NCBI GenBank assembly: GCA_022646745.1
Contig: CP060262.1
Location: 2,910,001 to 2,942,000 of the forward strand
Reading direction: 5' to 3'
Source of the DNA: Planctomycetales bacterium
GTDB lineage: Bacteria > 4484-113 > JAFGCY01
Length of the DNA: 32,000 bases
Both the position numbers and the translations under genes were made by a program. Within the stretch, counting starts at the first letter, position 1; every line of letters starts with the position of its first letter. This document shows positions 6,498 to 14,715 of this stretch, in pieces. Under the pieces are notes generated by a model. The model had not been told where the DNA came from, ran no database searches, and saw nothing but the letters and a program-made list of their open reading frames with translations.

Positions 6498-7493
6498 ATG
6501 ATGAAGCGTAAAGTGTACCTGATCGGCCCCCAGCCCGAGGCGCAAGCCGCTGCGGTTCTGCACCGCAAGGCGCTGGAAGGTTCTGACCTGCCGATCGAGG
6601 TCGAAACGCTGGACATTGATCCGGCCCACTTCCACGAACGAATCTCCAGCATGCTCAGTGAGCCGGAATTCCTTGGCGCGAAGATCCTCGAGCCCTATAA
6701 GCAGCCCAGCCTGGCCTACTGCCAGGAGATCACGCCCTCCGCTCGCGGCCTCGGCGCGGTGAATACGATCGTGCGCCGGCCAAGTGGCCTGGTCTACGGA
6801 GAGAACACGGACGTGCATGCCTTCGTGGACTACCTGCGCAGCCAGGGCATTGACCGCGTGCGTACAGCACTCGTGCTCGGTGCCGGTGGAGCAGCCCGCG
6901 TCGCATTGGCTGGACTGCGCAACATGAACTGCGCACGCTACATGGTCGGCTTCGGCCATCCGCGCCGGCCGGCGGAGATCGCCAGCCAGTTCAAGGACAT
7001 CCGCCGCCAGATCAGCTTCTTCCAGCTCGAGGACATGAAGAACTTCTTCAGCTGGATCAACGAAGTGGACTTCTTCACTGACCGCAACCCGCTGCCGCCG
7101 CCCAGCTACAAGAAGGCCAAGCGCCGCGAGAACGGGGGCGGGGACAGTGTGAAGCGCTGGGACCTGCTGGTCAATGCCACCCCGGTCGGTGATAACGGCA
7201 CCACCGGCGAGAGCCTGATCACGGTCACGAACTTCCTGCGCTGCTTCGAGCGTGTGCTGGACCTGGTGCCCAGTGACAACCCGACGGAGCTCGTCAACCT
7301 GGCCCGCAGTGCCGGTGTGCCCGCCACACATGGCGACGTGCTCAACCGCATGCAGGAAGACAATGCCCGCGAGATGTGGATCCGCGAGTACAAGCGCAAT
7401 GTGAATGGCGAGGCGGATGAGCCGCGTGCTGCGCGCAAACAGGGTAGTTCGAGCAGCCGGCGCAAGCCGATGCTCAAGAAGCGCAACGGCTGA
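6498..7493 (+). CDS. shikimate dehydrogenase family protein (AroE-like, divergent)
   Basis: LEPYKQ (catalytic Lys block), GAVNTIV, GENTDVHAF and LGAGGAARVA (NADP Rossmann) are present. The N-terminal HSxSP motif is not conserved. There is an internal insertion and a basic C-terminal tail. Confidence 0.7.
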   Translation: MMKRKVYLIGPQPEAQAAAVLHRKALEGSDLPIEVETLDIDPAHFHERISSMLSEPEFLGAKILEPYKQPSLAYCQEITPSARGLGAVNTIVRRPSGLVYGENTDVHAFVDYLRSQGIDRVRTALVLGAGGAARVALAGLRNMNCARYMVGFGHPRRPAEIASQFKDIRRQISFFQLEDMKNFFSWINEVDFFTDRNPLPPPSYKKAKRRENGGGDSVKRWDLLVNATPVGDNGTTGESLITVTNFLRCFERVLDLVPSDNPTELVNLARSAGVPATHGDVLNRMQEDNAREMWIREYKRNVNGEADEPRAARKQGSSSSRRKPMLKKRNG

Positions 7494-8516
7494 TCAGATC
7501 CAGTTGCGGCTGCGGAAGAAGGCAATCAGCGAGATCGTCACCATCATCATCACTGCCACCACCATGTAGATGCCATTTGGCGTATGGTTCCACCACAGGT
7601 TGTCGAAGTTCATCCCCCAGAACCCGGTGATCAGCGTCAGTGGCAGCATCAGCGTGGACATGATCGTTAGGATGTACAGCTTCTCGTTCGTTTGGTAGCC
7701 GGTCACCAGGCTGTGCACTTCCATCACGTGGTTGAGCGAGCGGTCCTCACTCTCGATGATCTCCAGGTAGTTGAGTACGTGGTCACGGATGTCCGAGAAG
7801 TAGATCGCGATCTCCTCGGCGGACTCCGGCGCTCCGTCGTAGTTGTACTCACGGATGATCTGGTTCAGAAGCGAGCTTTCACTGCTTAGTGTGCGGCGCA
7901 TCATCACCAGTGACTGGCGGCTGCGCAGGATGAACTTCATGTCGGCGGTGCTGTCGCGGCGGCGGCTGAAGGGGTTGGCCCGCAGGCGCGGCCGCTTGGC
8001 GTCAAACACCTCGAACTCCAGCTCATCGGTGTAGTTCTGGATCTGGCGCAGGGTGGCCGTGAAGCTGTCCGTCACCATGTCGATGATGTGGTGCAGGAAC
8101 AGGATCGCCCGTTCGCGGTACTCCACGATGTGGCGCGGCGGTTTGCGGAACAGCTTGGAGAAGTCCTCGATGTCGTGGGTGTGAACCGTGATCACGTAGG
8201 TACGCGAAAAGTAGATGTTCAGCTCGCGCACGATCAGGTTCTCACGGGGGTTGCCCTCGAAGTAGAGGAATGAGATGAACTTGTACTCCTGCTCCTCGTC
8301 CATCTTTGCCTGGAGGTGGGTGGTCGGCTCAAGGCAGTCCTCGACGGTCTTCGGGTGGAAGTCCAGGTCCTCGATCATCAGCTGCTTGAATGGCTCGGCA
8401 TCCGTCTTGCTGATGCTTATGTCAATCCAGGTGAACACCTCGGAATTGACCAGCTGTGCCACCTCGGCCACCTGAAGCTGGGAAAGCAGGACCTGATCCT
8501 CGCCCTCCAGTTTCAT
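7494..8516 (-). CDS. corA: magnesium/cobalt transporter CorA
   Basis: Track ORF 7494-8954, trimmed to ATG at 8516 (MKLEGEDQ..., 340 aa). The C-terminal MLPLTLITGFWGMNF carries the GMN signature followed by a final TM helix. The discarded N-terminal 146 aa are Ser-rich and antisense to the neighbouring gene. Confidence 0.85.
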   Translation of the reverse strand: MKLEGEDQVLLSQLQVAEVAQLVNSEVFTWIDISISKTDAEPFKQLMIEDLDFHPKTVEDCLEPTTHLQAKMDEEQEYKFISFLYFEGNPRENLIVRELNIYFSRTYVITVHTHDIEDFSKLFRKPPRHIVEYRERAILFLHHIIDMVTDSFTATLRQIQNYTDELEFEVFDAKRPRLRANPFSRRRDSTADMKFILRSRQSLVMMRRTLSSESSLLNQIIREYNYDGAPESAEEIAIYFSDIRDHVLNYLEIIESEDRSLNHVMEVHSLVTGYQTNEKLYILTIMSTLMLPLTLITGFWGMNFDNLWWNHTPNGIYMVVAVMMMVTISLIAFFRSRNWI

Positions 8517-8568
8517 GGCCTCAATTCGCACGGGTGCAATACTATCACAGCTGCCTGTGCACAAAGTG

Positions 8569-9198
8569 ATGAGACGAGGAATAGTCAATTCGTACCGCCT
8601 TCTCTGGGTCGCCCTGATCCTGGGCTTCGGCCTGCTGATCTGGTGGTTCACGATGCGTTCTACCGGGGCGCGCAGGCTGGCGGAGGAATTTGACCCGGCA
8701 CAGATCAAGCGACTGCCCACCGAAGAGGAACAGCAGCAGGAGCCGGAACTGCCCAAGCCGGATAACTTCGCGGATGCAGCCCCGAAGGAGATCGTGGTTG
8801 ATGATGCCGACTTCGCGATCACCGGGCCGGACGGACTGACCGTGATGAAACTCTGGGTGCGCAAGGGCACGCGTGACGGCAGTGAGTTCAAGCTGGAGAA
8901 GGGGACACTCGAGCTGGAGATGAAGAACAAGAGCACGCTGCTCCTGAACGTCACCGATGGCCTGTTCGCCAGTGAGGAAGGCAGCGTGCGGGTCGAGGGC
9001 TCAATAACGGGGCAGATCTACGGCACGGACCAGTTCTTTGAGGCCCGCAGGCTGGTGTGGATGCAGGACAGCAATTCAGTCCGCACGGAGACGGTGCGCT
9101 ACATCGGACCCTTCGTGGATGTGACGGCGGACCGGATGGACTTCGACGTCGCCACGGGGGAGATCACCTTCGACGGTCCGGTCACCGCCGGGATCTGA
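8569..9198 (+). CDS. membrane-anchored OstA-fold protein, LptC-like
   Basis: Track ORF 8515-9198. The start at 8569 gives MRRGIVNSYRLLWVALILGFGLLIWWF (single TM anchor), an acidic linker and a ~140-aa beta-rich domain ending DRMDFDVATGEITFDGPVTAGI. Size and architecture fit LptC. The assignment is tentative. Confidence 0.4.
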   Translation: MRRGIVNSYRLLWVALILGFGLLIWWFTMRSTGARRLAEEFDPAQIKRLPTEEEQQQEPELPKPDNFADAAPKEIVVDDADFAITGPDGLTVMKLWVRKGTRDGSEFKLEKGTLELEMKNKSTLLLNVTDGLFASEEGSVRVEGSITGQIYGTDQFFEARRLVWMQDSNSVRTETVRYIGPFVDVTADRMDFDVATGEITFDGPVTAGI

Positions 9199-9969
9199 TC
9201 ACTTCGGCGGCATGTACCAGCGCATGCTCAATTTGTCCTCAAAGCCGGACTTGCTCGTGAAGTAACGCAGCTTGCCTGAGCGCTGTGTCCAGCAGTTCAT
9301 CAGCATCCGCCCCTGGTCATGTGCCGCCTGGGTCAACTTGTTCACCAGCGCGCGGCCGATGCCCTGGCGCCTGAGGCCGGGATCAACCACGATATAGCAC
9401 AGCCGCTCAGACAGTTCAGTGGCGATCGTACCGGCCACGGCCACCACCTTGCCTTCACGGCTCAGGGTATGGCACTCCAGCAGGCTCGGCCAGCCGGGAT
9501 GCGTTGCCAGCGCCGGTCCGGCGAGCTGCTCCTGCGCATCCGCCGCGTTTGCCATCATCGCCCGCACCTCGGCGTCCTGCCAGTCCGCCTGGCGCAGTTC
9601 CAGGCCTGATGGTGCCGCGTGCTTGCCGGCCGAGAACATCGTCTGCACATTGTCAGGCACGCCCTGCTCGCGGCGCGGCAGGTCCAGCAGGAACATCATC
9701 TCGTCGAGGTCAGCTATCTTCTGGCTCTTGCCTTCCGATGGCTCGTAGGGCAGGATCATGCCGGCCAGCCTGCCATCGGTGTCCGCGGCATAGCCCCGGC
9801 AGGCCTCCACCATTTCCTCAGCGTCACCGACGGCATCAATGTCGCTTATCCCGACCCAGATGTCCGGGCCATGCCCGAGCAGCAGGCCGCTCTCCTCACC
9901 GGCGAGCTGGCCACCGAGCTCCGTCAGCAGCAGCTGGCGGGCCATGAAGCGGAAGTTGGCGTCTGTCAT
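9199..9969 (-). CDS. GNAT family N-acetyltransferase
   Basis: Track ORF 9199-10431, trimmed to ATG at 9969 (MTDANFRF...) because the upstream part is antisense to the thiolase gene. YIVVDPGLRRQGIGRALVNKL is the acetyl-CoA binding motif A (R/Q-x-x-G-x-G/A). Confidence 0.75.
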   Translation of the reverse strand: MTDANFRFMARQLLLTELGGQLAGEESGLLLGHGPDIWVGISDIDAVGDAEEMVEACRGYAADTDGRLAGMILPYEPSEGKSQKIADLDEMMFLLDLPRREQGVPDNVQTMFSAGKHAAPSGLELRQADWQDAEVRAMMANAADAQEQLAGPALATHPGWPSLLECHTLSREGKVVAVAGTIATELSERLCYIVVDPGLRRQGIGRALVNKLTQAAHDQGRMLMNCWTQRSGKLRYFTSKSGFEDKLSMRWYMPPK

Positions 9970-10032
9970 CCCGCTAATGATGCCATATCGCGGGGCGTTT
10001 GCCGCTGGGCAATAAGCCGGCGGAGCGCTAGG

Positions 10033-10068
10033 TATAATCATCGCGACCAAACCCCGCAAACCAAGGAG
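10033..10068 (+). promoter_or_regulatory. promoter -10 (TATAAT 10033-10038) and RBS (AAGGAG 10063-10068) of the thiolase gene
   Basis: ggTATAATcatcgcgaccaaaccccgcaaaccAAGGAGatccgcaATG. The SD lies 7 nt from the ATG at 10076. Confidence 0.5.
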
Positions 10069-10075
10069 ATCCGCA

Positions 10076-11254
10076 ATGGCTTCCGTAATCATCGACGCAA
10101 CCCGCACCGCAATCGGCGCATTCGGCGGCACGCTGAAGGACATCAGCGCCCCGGACCTCGGCGCCCACTGCATCCGTGCGCTCGTGGAGCGCAACGGGAT
10201 CGCGGCGGACGCCTTTGATGACGTGATCATGGGCCATGTGCTGGGCGCAGGCGTCGGCCAGATCCCCAGCCGCCAGGCACTGATCCGTGGCGGACTGGCG
10301 GAAAGCACTCCGAGCATCACCATCAACAAGGTCTGCGCCTCCGGCATGCGCAGTGTGACGCTGTGTGATGCGCTGATCAAGGCCGGGCAGGGCAACCTGT
10401 TCATGGCCGGCGGATTTGAAAGCATGAGCAATGCTCCTTATGCCGACTTCCAGCACCGCTGGGGTGGCCGGATGGGTGATGGGAAGATGGTGGACCTGAT
10501 GATCCATGACGGCCTGTGGTGCGCCTTTGAGGGCGTGCACATGGCGATGCATGGCAACACCATCAGCAAGGAATACGAAATCAGCCGCGAGGCCTGCGAC
10601 GATTTCAGCGCGAAGAGCCAGGCCCTGGCCCAGGACGCGATGGACAGCGGCCGCCTCGCTGAAGAGATCACAGCGGTTGAGATCCCGCAGCGCAAAGGCG
10701 ACCCGGTCGTGTTTGACCGCGATGAGCAGCCGCGTCCCGGCACCACCGCTGAAGTGCTGGCCAAGCTGCGTCCGGTGCTTGGCACTGAGCTGATCACCGC
10801 AGGCAACGCCCCCAGCGTCAACGATGGCGGTGCCGCACTGATCGTTGCCAGCGAGCAGCGTGCGAAGGAAATGGGCAAGAAGCCGCTGGCGCGCATCCTC
10901 GGTGAGGCGCATGTCGCGATGAAGCCCTACCAGTTCCCGGTGGCCCCGGCCTTTGCGGTGCAGAAGCTGCTGGTGGAGCAGGGCCGCAGCCTGAGCGACA
11001 TCAAGCTGATTGAATGCAATGAGGCCTTCGCCGCCGTGGCGCTGGCCTGTGGGCAGATCCTCGAGTGGGATGCCGATAAGGTGAATGTCAACGGTGGTGC
11101 CGTGGCCTTCGGACATCCGATCGGCATGAGCGGCGCCCGCATCATCATGACCCTGGCCTATGAGCTGCGTCGTCGCGGCGGTGGCCTCGGTGTTGCCTGC
11201 ATCTGCTCCGGCAGCGGCCAGGGCGATGCGGTGCTCATTGAAGTAGACGGCTGA
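10076..11254 (+). CDS. acetyl-CoA C-acetyltransferase (thiolase II)
   Basis: NKVCASGMRSV (active-site Cys), NEAFAAV, NVNGGAVAFGHPIGMSGARI and CSGSGQGDAVLIE are classic thiolase signatures. 392 aa. Confidence 0.92.
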   Translation: MASVIIDATRTAIGAFGGTLKDISAPDLGAHCIRALVERNGIAADAFDDVIMGHVLGAGVGQIPSRQALIRGGLAESTPSITINKVCASGMRSVTLCDALIKAGQGNLFMAGGFESMSNAPYADFQHRWGGRMGDGKMVDLMIHDGLWCAFEGVHMAMHGNTISKEYEISREACDDFSAKSQALAQDAMDSGRLAEEITAVEIPQRKGDPVVFDRDEQPRPGTTAEVLAKLRPVLGTELITAGNAPSVNDGGAALIVASEQRAKEMGKKPLARILGEAHVAMKPYQFPVAPAFAVQKLLVEQGRSLSDIKLIECNEAFAAVALACGQILEWDADKVNVNGGAVAFGHPIGMSGARIIMTLAYELRRRGGGLGVACICSGSGQGDAVLIEVDG

Positions 11255-11274
11255 TCGTTTCAGCCGCTTGGTGA

Positions 11275-11601
11275 GTGTACGATTTTTCAGGGACGTATCT
11301 TGATGAAGTTCACAGGCAGTCCAGTTATCACAGGCACCTTGCACAGCGGAGCCTGGTCTGCGGCTGCTTCTATTGCCTGAGGAACTTCTTCCCCCAGCAG
11401 ATCACCAAATGGTGTGACCGTCCTGATGAAGGGGAAGGAGAGGGCGTAACCGCCCTCTGTCCACATTGTGGCATTGACAGCGTGCTGTTCAGTGCAGGCG
11501 GATTGCCGGTGGATGATCCAGACTTCCTTAGGATGATGTACATCCGCTGGTTCGAAACCATTGCAGGACCAGGGAATGGAAATGACAACGAGCCGGACTG
11601 A
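11275..11601 (+). CDS. small 4-Cys (CxxC...CxxC) zinc-ribbon-like protein, function unknown
   Basis: GTG start. CGCFYCLRNFFPQQITKWCD...TALCPHCGIDSVLF, then a low-complexity GPGNGNDNEPD tail. The only plausible frame between the thiolase gene and nhaA. Confidence 0.5.
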   Translation: MYDFSGTYLDEVHRQSSYHRHLAQRSLVCGCFYCLRNFFPQQITKWCDRPDEGEGEGVTALCPHCGIDSVLFSAGGLPVDDPDFLRMMYIRWFETIAGPGNGNDNEPD

Positions 11602-11627
11602 TCGGCACATGCCCGGGGGTAAGCACC

Positions 11628-12983
11628 ATGAACGACCTGGACAGCAGAATCGACAGGCACAAGGGCCAGCTGGAGAAGATCCGCGAGCGGGTCGAGACCC
11701 AGTTCCAGAGCTTTGTGCGCCTCGAGAGCAGCGGCGGCATCGTGCTGCTGGGCTGCGCGATCATCGCGCTGATCTGGGCCAACAGCCCCTGGGGTGACAC
11801 CTACTACCACCTCTGGAAGACCAAGCTGGCCTTCAAGTTCGGCACGTTTGAAATGTCGCATCCGCTCTACCACTGGATCAATGACGGCCTGATGGCACTG
11901 TTCTTCTTCCTCGTCGGCCTCGAAATCAAGCGTGAGGTGCTGGTTGGCGAACTGAACACCGTGCGCAAGGCGATGCTGCCGATCTTCGCGGCCGTCGGCG
12001 GGATGCTGCTGCCGGCGCTGATCTATGCATTTGCCAACCGCGGGACGGAATTCATGGACGGCTGGGGCATCCCGATGGCCACCGACATCGCCTTCGCACT
12101 TGCGATAATGGCAATGCTGGGCAAGCGGGTACCATTGGCACTGAAGGTGTTCCTCACCGCAGTGGCAATTGTGGACGACCTTGGGGCGGTACTGGTGATC
12201 GCCTTCTTCTACAGTGGAAACCTTGCCGTCAACATGCTGCTGGCAGCCGCAGGCGGGCTGGCGCTTGCCTTCATCTTCAATGCGGCCGGAGTCAAGCGCC
12301 CCTTGCCATACGCGATTGTCGGCCTCGTGGTGTGGTACTTCGTGCACGAATCAGGCATCCATGCCACGATTGCCGGTGTGCTGGTGGCGATGGCGATCCC
12401 GGCAGGCAGCAGCATGCGGCTCAATGAGTTCATTGAACGCTGCCGGCGCCTGCTGACGCGCATGGAGCAGGACACACCACATGACTCGCACCACGGCAAT
12501 GACTACGTTGTCAGCATCGAGAATGCCTGCACTGATGTTGAGCCCCCGCTGCTGCGGATGGAGCATGCCCTGCAGCCCTGGATCGCCTACCTGATCATGC
12601 CGCTGTTCGCGCTGGCCAATGCCGGCGTAGTGCTCAGCGGTGATGCACTGTCCTCGCTTGGCCACACGGTTGCCATCGGCATCGGCGGCGGGCTGCTGGT
12701 CGGCAAGCTGATCGGTGTCGCCAGCTTCACCTGGCTGGCTGTCAGGCTCGGCGTGGCGGAACTGCCGCAGAATGTCGGCTGGAAGCAGATCGGCGGAGTG
12801 GCGATGCTGTGCGGTGTCGGCTTCACCATGAGCCTGTTCATTGCCAACCTGGCCTTCAAGGATGAAGCGCTGCTGGCGACCGCCAAGATGGGCATCCTCT
12901 GTGCTTCACTGGTCGCCGGAGTGGCTGGCTACCTGCTGCTGGCACGAACCGGCCAGACGGCTGAGCAGCGGGCTGCTGCCTGA
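11628..12983 (+). CDS. nhaA: Na+/H+ antiporter NhaA
   Basis: ESSGGIVLL, HWINDGLMALFFFLVGLEIKRE, GWGIPMATDIAFAL, AIVDDLGAV and LEHALQPW are conserved NhaA blocks. Confidence 0.92.
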   Translation: MNDLDSRIDRHKGQLEKIRERVETQFQSFVRLESSGGIVLLGCAIIALIWANSPWGDTYYHLWKTKLAFKFGTFEMSHPLYHWINDGLMALFFFLVGLEIKREVLVGELNTVRKAMLPIFAAVGGMLLPALIYAFANRGTEFMDGWGIPMATDIAFALAIMAMLGKRVPLALKVFLTAVAIVDDLGAVLVIAFFYSGNLAVNMLLAAAGGLALAFIFNAAGVKRPLPYAIVGLVVWYFVHESGIHATIAGVLVAMAIPAGSSMRLNEFIERCRRLLTRMEQDTPHDSHHGNDYVVSIENACTDVEPPLLRMEHALQPWIAYLIMPLFALANAGVVLSGDALSSLGHTVAIGIGGGLLVGKLIGVASFTWLAVRLGVAELPQNVGWKQIGGVAMLCGVGFTMSLFIANLAFKDEALLATAKMGILCASLVAGVAGYLLLARTGQTAEQRAAA

Positions 12984-12985
12984 GA

Positions 12986-13537
12986 CTATTCCTCTTCCGA
13001 TTGCGGGGCTGGCTGGCTGACTTCCGCCGGTGTTGACGAGCTGCCGCTGTCCGGCATGATCCAGAGGATCTCAGTGTTGGGCGGCGGGAAGCCCAGCAGG
13101 CGGCACTGAGCAGCAATCTGCCCCTTGTGGTGGGCAATGTGGAACAACATGCGCATGAACATCGTGCCGTGTGGCATCCGTGTCTCTCGGCCGCTGGGCC
13201 AGCTGAAGTTCTCGAAGTGATCCAGTTCCTTCTCGCTCTTGCCCATCAGCCAGCCGCTGGCCCGCCGCTTCCAGGCGTTCCAGGCGCTGCGGAATTCGAG
13301 GATGCCACGCAGTTCTGCGATGTCATGCTGCGGCTCCTCGCGGTCTCCAAGCATGTACATGATGCGACTTCCAGACAGCAGCAGGTGCACCAGGTGGCTG
13401 CGGATGGAAGCGAATGCATGGTCTTCCAGCTCCGTCTCGAAGTGCTCAGTCGGCATGCTTTCGAGGTGGTCCAGCAGGCGGTTGAAGGCGTCGTCTTCCT
13501 GCAGCAGGGTGTAGTAGAGCAGCTTGCTGGTGTACAT
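12986..13537 (-). CDS. DinB family protein
   Basis: HLVHLL...MLFHIAHHKGQIAAQCRLLG is the typical DinB/YfiT His-rich four-helix-bundle pattern. GAGGA RBS 6 nt upstream of the ATG. Lies directly downstream of queF. Confidence 0.75.
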   Translation of the reverse strand: MYTSKLLYYTLLQEDDAFNRLLDHLESMPTEHFETELEDHAFASIRSHLVHLLLSGSRIMYMLGDREEPQHDIAELRGILEFRSAWNAWKRRASGWLMGKSEKELDHFENFSWPSGRETRMPHGTMFMRMLFHIAHHKGQIAAQCRLLGFPPPNTEILWIMPDSGSSSTPAEVSQPAPQSEEE

Positions 13538-13561
13538 GTCTTGCGTCCTCTTCTGGAATGA

Positions 13562-14095
13562 TTACCTTTCGCTTGCTGAGCGTCCACGCCTGACGGTGGT
13601 TGTGATCGAAATGGCTCCGCGTGGGTTCATGTATCCCGTCAGCCTCAACGAATGGGGCTTGAGCAGTGTGAATAGGTCGTCGGCAATCCTGTTGGAGAGT
13701 TCCTCCCAGAAGGCGGCCTCATTGCGGAAGCTGAATAGATACAGCTTCAACGACTTGCTTTCCAGGCAGAGTTCGTCCGGTTCGTACTCGAACTCGAAGC
13801 GGCCATAATCCGGCTGGCCGGTCACCGGGCACATGCTCGTGAATTCCGGGCAGTCAAAGCGGATGCTGTAATCGCTGCCGGGACTGGGATTCGGGAAGCA
13901 TTCGAGGATGGAGATATCCGGCCTGGTCGGGTAGTCCGTATGGCTGCCAAGGGCCTGCAGGTCCTGTGTATATTCCTTCTGGTCCACTTGAGCAGTATAG
14001 TGCCAGTCTGGCTTCAGCGCACATCCGGGGAAAGCGTACCGGAAGTCCAATCTAACTGTATTTTCATTCAGTTCAGGATCGGTAAAATCCAGCAT
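13562..14095 (-). CDS. queF: NADPH-dependent 7-cyano-7-deazaguanine (preQ0) reductase
   Basis: FTSMCPVTGQPDYG (catalytic Cys) and the QueF motif ESKSLKLYLFSFRN. Confidence 0.88.
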   Translation of the reverse strand: MLDFTDPELNENTVRLDFRYAFPGCALKPDWHYTAQVDQKEYTQDLQALGSHTDYPTRPDISILECFPNPSPGSDYSIRFDCPEFTSMCPVTGQPDYGRFEFEYEPDELCLESKSLKLYLFSFRNEAAFWEELSNRIADDLFTLLKPHSLRLTGYMNPRGAISITTTVRRGRSASER

Positions 14096-14115
14096 CTGAC
14101 AATCAGGAGTTTCCG

Positions 14116-14205
14116 ATGAAGTTCCTTACGATCTGTTCCGTCTGTTCCCTGGTCCTGACCCTGGCCGGCATCGTCTATGCAGCGGTTGCCGGAATGACCT
14201 ACTAG
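14116..14205 (+). CDS. candidate 29-aa hydrophobic micro-protein
   Basis: Below the track length cutoff. CAGGAG RBS 6 nt upstream of ATG 14116. Encodes MKFLTICSVCSLVLTLAGIVYAAVAGMTY with TAG at 14203-14205. It fills the queF/trmL divergent spacer. Confidence 0.3.
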   Translation: MKFLTICSVCSLVLTLAGIVYAAVAGMTY

Positions 14206-14216
14206 GCAGGTAATGC

Positions 14217-14222
14217 GATAAT
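14217..14222 (+). promoter_or_regulatory. -10-like hexamer GATAAT, 7 nt upstream of the trmL ATG
   Basis: gcGATAATcggctggATG. No SD motif. Confidence 0.35.
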
Positions 14223-14229
14223 CGGCTGG

Positions 14230-14715
14230 ATGGCCGTTGCACAGCACCACCTCAAGGTGGCCCTTGTCGAACCGGAGATACCGCACAACACAGGCGCTGT
14301 GGGGCGCAGTTGCCTGGCATTGGGGGCACAGTTGCACCTTGTCCATCCGATGGGCTTCAGGCTCAGCGATGAACAGGTGAGGCGCAGCGGCCTGGACTAC
14401 TGGCAACACGTTCAACCCGTCATGCATGATTCGCTGGACGGGTTCATCAGCGCAGTACCAGACCCAGAACGGTTCTGGTTGTTCACCACCAAAGCTGGAC
14501 GCAACCTGTATGAGGTCGACTTTGCTGAATCCGACTGGCTGGTGTTCGGCCCGGAGTCACGTGGCCTGCCCGGCCAGCTGCTGGAAGCCAATCCCGACCG
14601 GTTGCTGCGGATCCCGATGGCTACGACGCATGTGCGTTCACTGAACCTTGCCAACGCAGTCAGCGTGGCACTCTACGAAGCCTGGCGGCAGTTGAATCAT
14701 CCCTCAGCCGAGTAG
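14230..14715 (+). CDS. trmL: tRNA (cytidine/uridine(34)-2'-O)-methyltransferase, SpoU/TrmL type
   Basis: VEPEIPHNTGAVGRSC, LHLVHPMGF, SGLDYW, LVFGPESRGLP and RIPM...RSLNLANAVSVALYEAWRQL match TrmL (YibK) along its whole length. Confidence 0.88.
   Translation: MAVAQHHLKVALVEPEIPHNTGAVGRSCLALGAQLHLVHPMGFRLSDEQVRRSGLDYWQHVQPVMHDSLDGFISAVPDPERFWLFTTKAGRNLYEVDFAESDWLVFGPESRGLPGQLLEANPDRLLRIPMATTHVRSLNLANAVSVALYEAWRQLNHPSAE

Noticed and set aside
8517-8954. N-terminal 146 aa of the 486-aa corA track ORF (Ser-rich MTFRSSVLLFFISSSS...)
   Set aside because: This part is low-complexity and antisense to the LptC-like gene. A CorA of 340 aa starting at ATG 8516 has the normal length.
9970-10431. N-terminal extension of the GNAT track ORF (410 aa)
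   Set aside because: It overlaps the thiolase gene and its promoter/RBS in antisense. The extension has no protein-like features, so the gene was trimmed to ATG 9969.
10028-11344. 438-aa ORF on the minus strand, plus similar long antisense ORFs at 1313-2020, 5666-6358, 6495-7331, 11370-12347, 15624-16367, 18718-19393, 24782-25270 and 25897-26562
   Set aside because: Each lies antisense to a gene with unmistakable family motifs (thiolase, lpxB, CofE-like, AroE-like, nhaA, pilin-like lipoprotein, mreB, peptidase, NTase). Their translations are Arg/Ala/Gly/His/Pro-rich and motif-free. That is the usual stop-poor antisense frame of high-GC DNA.
11545-11562. tRNA T-loop-like GGTTCGAAACC
   Set aside because: The flanks do not form a complementary T-stem or acceptor stem, and it lies inside a coding frame. 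I saw no tRNA or rRNA gene anywhere in the window.
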